A stretch of DNA of 64,000 bases from Eledone cirrhosa (Eukaryota), in contig OZ024746.1 of assembly GCA_964016885.1 (NCBI GenBank), forward strand, positions 52,390,001 to 52,454,000, written 5' to 3'. The number at the start of each line of letters is the position of its first letter. Positions within the stretch are counted from its first letter, which is position 1. A program made the translations under genes and the position numbers. Below the pieces are notes generated by a model. It did not search any database. It had not been told where the DNA came from and saw nothing but the letters and a program-made list of their open reading frames with translations. Positions 1-10,826 of this stretch are shown piece after piece.

Positions 1-3000
1 GAAGTAAACCAGGTGTTGGCTAGAGAGAAAGTCACCCGACCTCAGATCTTTCAGGCACGTCCACAACAACCTCTTTCATCATGGCTATTACGCACAGAAA
101 GACCGCCTCTGCTTCATTTCTGAAGGGAGGAGGCGGCTTGATGTTCACCACAGACTCGGCGGCCAATCGAATCGGCGCCACACGCGACAGCAGTCGTTCG
201 ACGTAGCCCCACAGATCGGCAACGCCCAGGCAGTGTACTAGTGCGGGCGCAACGGTTTCCTCGTCGCGCACGCATCTGGGACAGATCTTTTTCGCGGGAT
301 CCCTGCCCGGGCGCCCGTGTCTGTAGAGATTTTCTCGAACGGGCAGAGCCCCCCGGTAGCACTGCCAGGCTAGGGACCTCTGGAAGTTGTCCATGGGTCC
401 CGGGCCGAAAGTTCTACCGAACCGGCTGGCCAGTTCGTCCTCCTCCATGCCTAGCGACTCTCCAAGGGTGTCGTCGCCCCTGCTAGCCACCAGCCCTTTA
501 TAGAATGTCGAGGTGGATTCTCCACCGATAGTCGGGTCCGCTTGCCAGATAGCCGTGAGCGCCTGGGTACACTCGGTGTGCCAGTTGCCCAGTTTTCTCG
601 GTCTTTGTTTCACCCAGGATTTCAGCTCAGTGAGCGAGACGAGCTGTGGGAAGGCTCGCCTCACAAACGGGGCCCACATCGGCTGACCGGTGAGGAATAC
701 CTGTAGATGCCGTAGCCGCAATGCGTGCCTACGCATCAACAGCCACGGCATACCCAGCCCTCCTTTCGAAGGGTGCTGGCAGCAGATGGATCTCCTCACC
801 ATGGGAGGCCGCTTCTTCCAGAGGAACTGGAAGAGCATGCACTCCATGATGGTGAGCGTTTCCTTGGGGCAAGGCACGACGGTCAGGTGGTAGTAGATGA
901 CGGACGCTATGTAAGCGTTCGTCACCTCCGCCCGACCTTTCAGTGATAGTTTGCACTTGGCCCACTTCTGGGTCAGCGCAAACACCCTGCTCGTCACCTC
1001 GCCCCAATTCTTCTCCGACTGGAGGTCCGGTCCGAACCAGACCCCGAGCAGCTTCACCGGGCCCTCCGTCCACCGACCGACGACACCGTCTAACGGCATC
1101 GGTTTTCCCCTCCACGTTCCGAGTTGCAAACCGACTGACCGGTTCAGCCTGGCCCCCGTCAGCCTTTCGTATTCCTCCAGTAGGGTCGCGATCGCCCCGA
1201 TTTCCGAGGCGTCCGCCACCATTACTGTTACGTCGTCGGCATAGGCCGAGACCGCTTTGTGCAATCCCGGTTCCAGGGGTATGCCCCGCAGCAACTCCAG
1301 CTTCTGCAGCAGTGGCTCGAGAGCCAATACGTACAGAAGGGAGGAGAGGGGGCACCCCTGCCTGATGGACTGGGCGATTTGAAACGGCTCCGAGAGGTAG
1401 CCGTTTATTTTAACCCTAGAGCAGACGTTGCCACTGTGCATGGCAGAAATCCAGCCCCTAAAAACGGGTCCGAAGCCCGCCGCCGCTAGCACCGCATCCA
1501 GGTAACCATGGTCGACCCTATCGAACGCCTTAGATTGATCCAAGTTGATCAGGGCCCCACCAAAGCCGGGTTCGTTGCCAACCCTCTCTACGATGTATCG
1601 CATGAGGTGGAGGTTGTCGTGAATGGACCTGGACGGGATAGCGCATGTCTGCGCGTCTCCCACCAAACCACCCACCACAAGCGCCAACCTCTTCGCCAAC
1701 ACCTTGGCCAAAATCTGTAACTCTGCATTTAGCAGAGTTATGGGCCTAAAGTTACTTAAGTCGTCCCCTTTGCTCTCGTCCTTCCTCACTAGCGTGACTA
1801 CGCCCTTGGTCACAGAACAGGGAATTCTCCCGTTCTGTTGCCAGTTGCAATAGACAGCCTCGAGGAGTTCGAAGAACAAGACCGGCATAGCTAAATAAAG
1901 TTCGTATGGTAGACCATTGAGACCCGGAAATTTGCGTCTGCTGCATTGGCTGAGCGCTTCACCGATTTCAGTAGCTGTGATTGGCCTTTCGCAGCACTCC
2001 GCTTCGCCCCTCGAAAGACGCGGTAGACCGTAGAGGTATGGACCAAAGTCCACATCCCCCCCCGGCCCCCCCCGCCCCCTCCGAACAGTCGAGCAAAGTG
2101 CCTTTGAAAGGCCTCGCACATCCGCTCAGGTTCAAGGATCACCTGTCCATCCTCGTCTCGCAAAGACCGAATGGTGGATTTAATCCCACTCTTGGCTTCT
2201 GTCACGCGGGCCCAGCTAACAGCTTTGGTCGCCTCGTTTCCTAAAGCACGTATTTTACTTCGGACAACGCTAACACTCTGGCCACGTTTCCGCTCCTAAT
2301 CGCCTCTTTTAGTTTATCTGTTAACTCCCTTTCCCTCCTATTTCTATTCGCCGCTAGTTCCTTACTGTAACCTATCGAACTTACTTTAATCTCTCTCTTT
2401 AGAGATACCCACTACCTGCTGTTGACGATCGCTCCCGTCAACCGCATCTTAACTAAGCTACTCATCCGGTTCCTGTAAGCTTCCTTTGCCGGCAAGGACA
2501 AGTTCATCTTCCAGTAACCGGGACCCTGTCTATGCGTTCTATCAAGGTTGACCACGCAGGTCACTAATTTGTGATCTGAATAGCCAACCATGAGTAATTC
2601 TGGACAACTAAATACGTCCCTATCCTTACTCCTAACCAAAAACCTATCTAGGTACGATCTAGATTGACCACTGCGGTTTGCCCAGGTCCAGGTTGGCACA
2701 GTTGGAAAATCTAGTCGAAATCTATCGACCAGGTCGAATCGATGGAGTAACCCCTTGAGGCTGCTACACCCCCCTCTATCGGGACATGTCCCTGCATAGT
2801 CCCAACGCGCATCTAGGATTCCATTCCAGTCCCCCACTAAAAGCAGGGAACGCGACGTTCCTAGAAAAGTCTCCAGACGCTGGAAGAAGTCGGCTCTTTC
2901 AGCCCCGAATGGGGCATAAAGACCGACCAGTCTGAAAGACCCGCCTTCACCGCCTCCGACGTCCAGCACCAGTAATCGACCCCCCGGGTCCGAGTGAACA

Positions 3001-3248
3001 ATCTGTACGTCGAGAGCCAGACGTTTATCCAGCAGTACGGCAACTACCCCCCCCCCCCCGCCTCCGAGTTGACAGAGAGGTGCGTGAATCTCAAAGTCAT
3101 CGAAGGCGGGAGCCAGCTGTCGCACGCTGCTGATCCGACTCTCGCAAACAACCATCACATCTATACTTCGTGACCTGAGGTCACTTAGAAGCTTTGCTTG
3201 CTTCCAAGCTGAGCCCAGGCCACGCGCATTCAAACAGCCAACTCGCAA
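1..3248 (-). pseudogene. Disrupted ORF2 (APE endonuclease + reverse transcriptase + CCHC) of element 1
   Basis: EN motifs CLNARGL, VGDWNG, SYLDRFLV, SDHK, WKMN. RT motifs FRPITLLN, LDQSKAFDRVDH, IRQGCPLS, AYADD, GGLG. C-terminal CPRC..ETVA(P)ALVHC. Lesions: TGG>TAG at 2412-2414, 49-bp deletion at ~2270, frameshifts at the C-runs near 2060 and at ~65. Confidence 0.93.
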
Positions 3249-3253
3249 TTGAT

Positions 3254-5110
3254 CTATTTTGGTGTTGAAAGTGAAGAAAGAAAAGCACCTATCTCTCCGG
3301 GTTGTGTAATTTCCATGGGGTCGGGTGTGTTGGGTGGAGGCATGTTTTGTGGTGGTGTGGGGGTATCCGAGTGTGGTGGGGTTGGGGTATTTGGAGTTGT
3401 GTCAGGGAGAGGGGAGCTTATGGGGAAATCTTTCAAGAGGACGCGATTTAACGGTTTTAAACAGGGGGGGGGGCTCACGTCCTGTTTAAATTGTTCTTTT
3501 AAGGAACGATAAAGGACCAGAGGGACCTTTATCATTTTTAAATGGGTGAAGTTCTCTGTTGAGATAAAGTTTGGCCCTTCGGTCTGCACCAAAGGGCTAT
3601 TGTTTATTAATTTAAACAGTTTTTTGTTTTCTTTATTTATATATGTGTATTGCAACGTCTTTTTTTGTGATGCTGTCAATGTTTCGAAGAGGGGAGGCGC
3701 AGATTTATTTTTGTTTGTCGAGATTGGGGTGTTTTTGATTGGAGTTGGTGTTTGTGTGGGGGTTATTTGTTGTTGTGGTGTGCTGGGTATGTGCTTTCGT
3801 TTTTTTCTTTTAACTTGTCTGAAGGCTTCTCCTCCTTCTTCTTCAGAAGTTGGGGGAAACTCTTCAGCGCTAGGTGGGAGGGACGTGGTGTCTGGTTGTT
3901 TTTTTTTTGCGGGAGGAGTAGATTTGTTGCTGTTTTTTTTATTATTAGTTTGGAATGGGTTTTGTGGTGGTGGTGGTGGTGGTGGTAATGTTTGTGTCGT
4001 GCTTGTGGTTGGTGATGGTGGTGGTGATGTTTGTGTTGTGGTTGGTGGTGGTGATTTTTGTGTCGTGCTTGTGTTTGGTGCTGGTGGTGGTGATGTTTGT
4101 GTTGTGTTTGTAGTTGGTGGTGTCTGTATTTTGTTTGCTGTGTGTGGTATTAGTGTATTTTTGGAGGTGGGTGGTGTTGGTGTACTGTTTGTGGTGGGTG
4201 TGGGAAATAGTCCTTTTTGGGGGATACGATTCGGGCAGTTAGCCCTAACGTGTCCCCTTTCCATGCATGAATAGCATGCTGGTCTTCTCCCCTCTACAAT
4301 TATATATATTGGGGGGAGGTCATCCAGCCAGATACGATCCGGGATTTGCGCTATTCTTTCGGGCCTCATTTGGACTAGTAGGTCGAGGCCCATTCCCAGG
4401 AACGCATCTCCAGTTGCCTTCCCCATTGACAGCACTGTGTCCTCGCCTATGTCTATGAAGCCAGCAATAGCCCACCAGAAGTCCATTGTGGGCAGCATTG
4501 TCTGTATTTTGACTCTCTGAGTTCTTCTACCCATGTAGGAGGGATAGAAACTGTATGCTGTTGTTGAGAGTGGGCTTAGGGAAAGCCTCTGTGCTGTTTC
4601 CTTGTCTTTTGTTAAAACAGAAATGCTGCCATAGAGTCGGTCCTTTCGTATGAAGAGAATATTCTTCATATAGTCTTTTAGGACCAACTCTATCTCCATT
4701 TGGCTGGGCTGTGCTGGCTTTCTCGTATGGTTTAGAATTGTTCTAAACAGAACAGTGTTTTCTAGTATCGTTTTCTTGAATTCTGGGGGGGGGGGGTTAA
4801 TGGAAAACATTCCGTTCTCACGCAAGACTATGTGCTTTTTTGCTTCTGCCAGTTTTTCTCTGGCGGCAGTCAAGTCAATAGGTGTATATATTATAGATTT
4901 TTTTTGTTGTCTGGGCGAAAGTCGCCTTGTTGTTTTTTGTATTCTTATTTTCTGTTTGTTTGTTTTCCGTTTGCTCATTTTCCGTAACATTTGTTTTTTC
5001 ATTTTCCTTGTTTGTTTCGTTGTCTAGTTTTTTGTATCCATTTTTTGTTCTTCAGACTTGGGGGGCGTGGCAGAGCTAATGGCAGACTTGTCTGCCATCT
5101 TTCCCGCCAT
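3254..5110 (-). pseudogene. ORF1 (gag-like nucleic-acid-binding protein) of element 1; open 3254-5002, N-terminus frameshifted
   Basis: VEGRRPA-CYSCMERGHVRANC zinc knuckle, Pro/Thr-rich linker, KRKKRK basic patch. The probable start ATGGCGGGAAAGATG at 5110 matches element 2 MAEKMAD but hits a stop after an A-run. Confidence 0.85.
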
Positions 5111-5312
5111 GCGTCCAAGAAAGAAGTTTTACAGAAAAATAGTTATTTATTTTACCCCCTAAAAAGGGGGTAAATGTAAAAATGTTTGCCTAAATAACAG
5201 GGGTAAGTGTTCCAAATGTGTTGCACTGAAAAAATTCACTGGTACTTACTATAGTAAGGGTAAATTCCGATAGAATAGCAGAGCCGATGTGAAGCGTGTC
5301 TCACTCTATCAA

Positions 5313-5319
5313 GATAGAT
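5313..5319. repeat. Minimal GATA target remnant (GATAGAT) between the 5' end of element 1 and the 3' end of element 2
   Basis: tctatcaa|gatagat|ttctatttatt; same left junction as at 11031. Confidence 0.7.
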
Positions 5320-5325
5320 TTCTAT

Positions 5326-5358
5326 TTATTTTCCACGAGGGCACAAAAGAAGGGGACA
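5326..5358 (-). promoter_or_regulatory. Conserved 3'-terminal motif TGTCCCCTTCTTTTGTGCCC..GTGG + AATAAA (element 2; also ~11058-11091 and ~16419-16452)
   Basis: Identical 20-mer (plus strand gggcacaaaagaaggggaca) in all three visible 3' ends, followed on the minus strand by AATAAA and then the TATC repeat. Confidence 0.7.
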
Positions 5359-5534
5359 TTTACAGAGTGGGGGAGTTTACATAAATCGAGTAAAGAAAAA
5401 GGAATAACAATAATAATATAACAATAAAAAGTCCTCAAAAGGGAGGGGGCGTGTTGGGGATTGCACATACCCCGAAAAGTGTGCAACTCTTTTCGCGGGG
5501 GAAGCCCAGAGAGGAGGCGCTCCCCCTTTCCTCT

Positions 5535-8500
5535 TCACTTCTTCACCTTCAGAACAATGTAGAGAGAAGGCCCATTTACACGGGCCATTCTCGCTTCTTT
5601 CACCCACCTTTCATAAAACTGTCTGGGGCCAAGCACTTCTCTCTCCATCCTGATCCTTCTTCCGAAGTGGTATCGGAAGAAGTAAACCAGATGATGGCCG
5701 GAGAGAAAGTCACCCGACCTCAGACCTTTCAGGCGCGTCCACCACACAACCTCTTTCATCATGGCTATTACGCACAGAAAGACCGCCTCTGCTTCATTTC
5801 TGAAGGGAGGAGGCGGCTTGATGTTCACCACAGACTCGGCGGTTAATCGAATCGGCGCCACACGCGACAGCAGTCGTTCGACGTAGCCCCACACATCGGC
5901 AACGCCCGGGCAGTGTACCAGTGCATGCGCAACGGTTTCCTCGTCGCGCACGCATCTGGGACAGATTTTTTTCACGGGATCCCTGCCCGGGCGCCCGTGT
6001 TTGTAGAGCTTTTCTCGAACGGGCAGAGCCCCCCGGTAACACTGCCAGGCTAGGGGCCTCTGGAAGTTGTCCATGGGTCCCGGGCCGAAAGTTCTACCGA
6101 ACAGGCTGGCCAGTTCGTCCTCCTCCATGCCTAGCGACTCTCCAAGGGTGTCGTCGCCCTTGCTAGCCACCAACCCTCTATAGAATGTCGAGGTGGATTT
6201 TCCACTGATAGTCGGGTCCGCTTGCCAGATAGCCGTGAGCGCCTGGGCACACTCGGTGTGCCAGTTGCCCAGTTTTCACGGTCTTTGCTTCACCCAGGAT
6301 TGCAGTTCGGTGAGCGAGACGAGCTGTGGGAAGGCTCGCCTCACAAACGGGACCCACACCGGCTGACCGTTGAGGAATACCTGTAGATGCCGTAGCCTCA
6401 ATGCGTGCCTACGCATCAACAGCCACGGCATACCCAGCCCTCCTTTTGAAGGGTGCTGGCAGCAGATGGATCTCCTCACCATGGGAGGCCGCTTCTTCCA
6501 GAGGAGCTGGAAGAGCATGCGTTCCATGATGGTGAGCTTTTCCTTGGGGCAAGGCACGACGGTCAGGCGGTAGTAGATGACGGACGCTATGTAAGCGTTC
6601 GTCACCTCCGCCCGACCTTTCAGTGATAGTTTGCACTTGGCCCACTTCTGGGTCAGCGCAAACACCCTGCTCGTCACCTCGCCCCAATTCTTCTCCACCT
6701 GGAGGTCCGGTCCGAACCAGACCCCGAGCAGCTTCACCGGGCCCTCCGTCCACCGCCCGACGACACCGTCTAACGGCATCGGTTTGCCCCTCTACGTTCC
6801 GAGTTGCAAACCGACTGAATTGTCCTGGTTCAGCCTAGCCCCCGTCAGCCTTTCGTATTCCTCCAGTAGGGTGGCGATCGCCCCGATTTCCGAGGCGTCC
6901 GCCACCATTACTGTTACGTCGTCGGCATAGGCCGAGACCGCTTTGTGCAATCCCGGTTCCAGGGGTATGCCCCGCAGCAACTCCAACTTCCGCAGCAGTG
7001 GCTCGAGAGTCAATACGTACAGAAGGGAGGAGAGGGGGCACCCCTGTCTGATGGACCGGGTGATTTGAAACGGCTCCGAGAGGTAGTCGTTTACTTTAAT
7101 CCTAGAGTAGATGTTGTCACTGTGCATGGCAGAAATCCAGCCCCTGAAAACGGGTCCGAAGCCCGCCGCCGCTAGCACCGCATCCAGGTAACCATGGTCG
7201 ACCCTATCGAACGCCTTAGATTGATCCAAGTTGATCAGGGCCCCACCAAAGCCGGGTTCGTTACCAACCCTCTCTACGATGTATCGCATGAGGTGGAGGT
7301 TGTCGTGAATGGACCTGGACGGGATAGCGCATGTCTGCGCGTCTCCCACCAAACCACCCACCACAAGCGCCAACCTCTTCGCCAACACCTTGGCCAAAAT
7401 CTGTAACTCTGCATTTAGCATAGTTATGGGCCTAAAGTTACTTAAGTCGTCCCCTTTGCTCTCGTCCTTCCTCACTAGCGTGACCACGCCCTTGGTCACA
7501 GAACAGGGAATTCTCCCGTTCTGTTGCCAGTCGCAATAGACAGCCTCGAGGAGTTCGGAGAACAAGACCGGCATAGCTATATAAAGTTCGTATGGTAGAC
7601 CATCGAGACCCGGAGATTTGCGTCTGCTGCATTGGCTGAGCGCATCCCCGATTTCAGTGGCTGTGATTGGCCTTTCGCAGCACTCCGCTTCGCCCCTCGA
7701 AAGACGCGGTAGACCGTCGAGGTATGGACCGAAGTCCACATCCCCGTCCGGCCCCCCGCCCCCTCCGAACAGTCGAACAAAGTGCCTTTGAAAGGCCTCG
7801 CACATCCGCTCAGGTTCAAGGATCACCCGTCCATTCTGGTCTCGCAAAGACCGAATGGTGGATTTAATCCCACTCTTGGCTTCTGTCACGCGGGCCCAGC
7901 TAACAGCTTTGGTCCCCTAAAGCACGTATTTTACTTCGGACAACGCAGCCTTCGTGCTTCGCGTCAAAGAACTGGCTCAACGCCGTTCTCGCCGCTAACA
8001 CTCTGGCCACGTCTCCGCTCCTAATTACCTCTTCTAGTTTATCTGTTAACTCCCTTTCCTTCCTATTTCTATTTGCTGCTAGTTCCTTACTGTAACCTAT
8101 CGAACTTACTCTAATCTCTCTCTTTAGAGATACCCACCACCTGCTGTTGACGATCTTTCTCGTCAACCGCATCTTAACTAAGCTACTAATCCGGTTCCTG
8201 TAATCTTTCTTTGCCGGCAAGGACAAGTTCATCTTCCAGTAACCGGGACCCTGTCTATGCGTTCTATCAAGGTTGACCACGCAGGTCACTAATTTGTGAT
8301 CTGAATAGCCAGCCATGATCAGTTCTGGACAACTAAGTACGTCCCTATCCTTACTCCGAACCAAAAACCTATCTAGGTACGATCTAGATTGTCCACTGCG
8401 GTTTGCCCAGATCCAGGTTGGCGCAGTTGGACAATCTAGTCGAAATCTATCGACCAGGTCGAATCGATGGAGTAACCCCTTGAGGCTGCTACACCCCCCC

Positions 8501-8977
8501 TCTATCGGGACATGCCCCTGCATAGTCCCAACGCGCATCTAGGATTCCATTCCAGTCCCCCACTAAAAGCAGGGAACGCGACGTTCCTAGAAAAGTCTCC
8601 AGACGCTGGAAGAAGTCGGCTCTTTCCGCCCCGAAGGGGGCATAAAGACCGACCAGTCTGAAAGCCCCACCTTCACCGCCTCCGACGGTAATCGCCCCCC
8701 GGGTAATCGACCCCCCGGGTCCGAGTGAACAATCTGTACGTCGAGAGCCAGACGTTTATCCAGCAGTACGGCAACTCCCCCCCCCCCCGCCTCCGGGTTG
8801 ACAGAGAGATGCGTGCATCTCAAAGTCATCGAAGGCGGGCGCCAGCTGTCTCACGCTGCTGATCCGACTCTCGCAAACAACCATCACATCTATACTTTGT
8901 GACCTGAGGTCATTTAGAAGCTTTGCTTGCTTCCAAGCTGAGCCCAGGCCACGCGCGTTCAAACAGCCAACTCTCAA
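5535..8977 (-). pseudogene. Disrupted ORF2 (APE-RT-CCHC) of element 2
   Basis: Fragments 8756-8977, 7900-8538, 6792-7889 (YADD), 6276-6779 and 5535-6173 (CPRC..HALVHC). Stops at 6792 (TGG>TAG) and 6276 (CGA>TGA), ~8-bp deletion near 7915, rearrangement near 8690. Confidence 0.93.
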
Positions 8978-8982
8978 TTGAT

Positions 8983-10826
8983 CTATTTTGGTGTTGAAAG
9001 TGAAGAAAGAAAAGCACCTACCTCTCCGGGTTGTGTAATTTCCATGTCATCAGGTGTGTTGGGTGGAGGGATGTTTTGTGGTGGTGTGGGGGTACCCGTG
9101 TGTGGTGGGGTTGGGGTATTTGGAGTTGTGTCAGGTAGAGGGGCGGTTATGGGGAAATCTTTCAAGAGGACGCGATTTAACGGTTTTAAACAGGGGGGGG
9201 GGCACACGTCCCGTCTAAATTGTTCTTTTAAGGAACGATAAAGGTCCAGAGGGACCTTTATCATTTTTAAATGGGTGAAGTTCTCTGTTGAGATAAAGTT
9301 TGGCCCTTCGGTCTGCACCATAGGGTTATTGTTTATTAATTTAACCAGTTTTTTGTTTTCTTTATTTATATATGTGTATTGCAACGTCTTTTTTTTGTGA
9401 TGCTGTCAATGTTTCGTAGAGGGGAGGCGCAGATTTATTTTTGTTTGTTGAGGGTGGGGTGTTTTTGATTGGAGTTGGTGTTTGTGTGTGGGTTATTTGT
9501 GGTGTGCTGGGTGTGTGTTTTCTTTTTTTTCTTTTAACTTGTCTGAAGGCTTCTCCTCCTTCTTCTTCAGAAGTTGGGGGAAACTCTTCAGCGCTAGGTG
9601 GGAGGGACGTGTCGTGTGGTTGTTTTTTTTTTGCGGGAGGGGTAGATTTGTTACTGTTTTTTTTATTATTTGTTTGGAATGGGTTTTGTGGTGGTGGTGG
9701 TGGTAATGTTTGTGTCGTGCTTGTGGTTGGTGATGGTGGTGGTGATGTTTGTGTTGTGGTTGGTGGTGGTGATTTTTGTGTCGTGCTTGTGTTTGGTGCT
9801 GGTGGTGGTGATGTTTGTGTTGTGTTTGTGGTTGGTGGTGTCTGTATTTTGTTTGCTGTGTGTGGTATTAGTGTATTTTTGGAGCTGGGTGGTGTTGGTG
9901 TACTGTTTGTGGTGGGTGTGGGCAATAGTCCTTTTTGGGGGATACGATTCGGGCAGTTAGCCTTAACTTGTCCCCCTTCCATGCATAAATAGCATGCTGG
10001 TCTTCTCCCCTCTACAATTATATATATTGGGGTAAGGTCATCCAGCCAGATGCGATCCGGGATTTGTGCTATTCTTTCGGGCCTCATTTGGACTAGTATG
10101 TCGAGGCCCATTCCCAGGAACGCATCTCCAGTTGCCTTCCCCATTGACTGCATTGTGTCTTCGCCCATGTCTATGAAGCCAGCAATAGCCCACCAGAAGT
10201 CCATTGTGGGCAGCATTGTTTTTACTTTTACTCTCTGTGTTCTTCTACCCATGTAGGAGGGATAGAAGCTGTATGTTGTCGATGAGAGTGGGCTTAGGGA
10301 AAGCTTCTCCGCCGTTTCCTTGTCTTTTGATAAGACCGAAATGCTGCCATAGAGTCGGTCCTTTCGTATGAAGAGAATATTCTTCATATAGTCTTTTCGG
10401 ACCAACTCTATTTCCATTTGGCTGGGCTGTGCTGGCTTTCTTGTTTGGTTCACTATAGTTCTGAAGAGAACTGTGCTCTCTGTTCTGGCTTTCTTGAATT
10501 CTGGGGGGGGGGGAGTTAATGGAAAACATTCCGTTCTCCCCCAAGACTATTTGTTTTTTCGCTTCGGCCAGTTTTTCTCTGGCGGCAGTTAAGTCAATTG
10601 GTGTGTATGTTATGGATTGTTTTGTTTTCTGGGCGAAAGTTGCCCTGTTGTTATTTGTATTATTTTCTGTTTGTTTGTTTTCCGTTTGCTCATTTTCCTT
10701 AACATTTGTTTTTTCATTTTCCTTGTTTGTTTCGTTGTCTAATTTTGTTGTAATTATTTTTTGTTCTTCAGACTTGGCGGGCGTGGCAGAGCTAATGGCA
10801 GACATGTCTGCCATCTTTTCCGCCAT
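8983..10826 (-). pseudogene. Frameshifted ORF1 of element 2
   Basis: Three ORF pieces (10245-10853, 9362-10453, 8983-9384) align with element 1 ORF1. Breaks fall at a G-run (~10503-10513) and a T-run (~9389-9396). Knuckle His is mutated (CYLCMEGGQVKANC). Confidence 0.88.

Larger units (their letters stand above)
1..5312 (-). mobile_element. Tx1-clade non-LTR retrotransposon, family A, copy 1 (intact 5' end; 3' end lies beyond the window start)
   Basis: 5'UTR, ORF1 with CCHC knuckle and ORF2 with APE-RT-CCHC on the minus strand. Collinear with copy 2 (position 1 matches ~5679). 5' end abuts GATAGAT at 5313-5319. Confidence 0.93.

Noticed and set aside
5225-5312. HDV-like ribozyme at the family A 5' end (GAUAGAG could pair with UUCUAUC followed by GG)
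   Set aside because: No convincing P3/L3 or P2 could be built, and copy 2 has a non-compensated mismatch in the putative P1. An RNArobo/Infernal search would be decisive.
5150-5540. snRNA, tRNA or 5S gene fragments at the junctions (usual Tx1 targets), or LTRs
   Set aside because: No recognisable U2, 5S or tRNA sequence; junctions contain only GATA repeats. The repeated segments are UTRs of tandem copies, and there is no integrase or protease.
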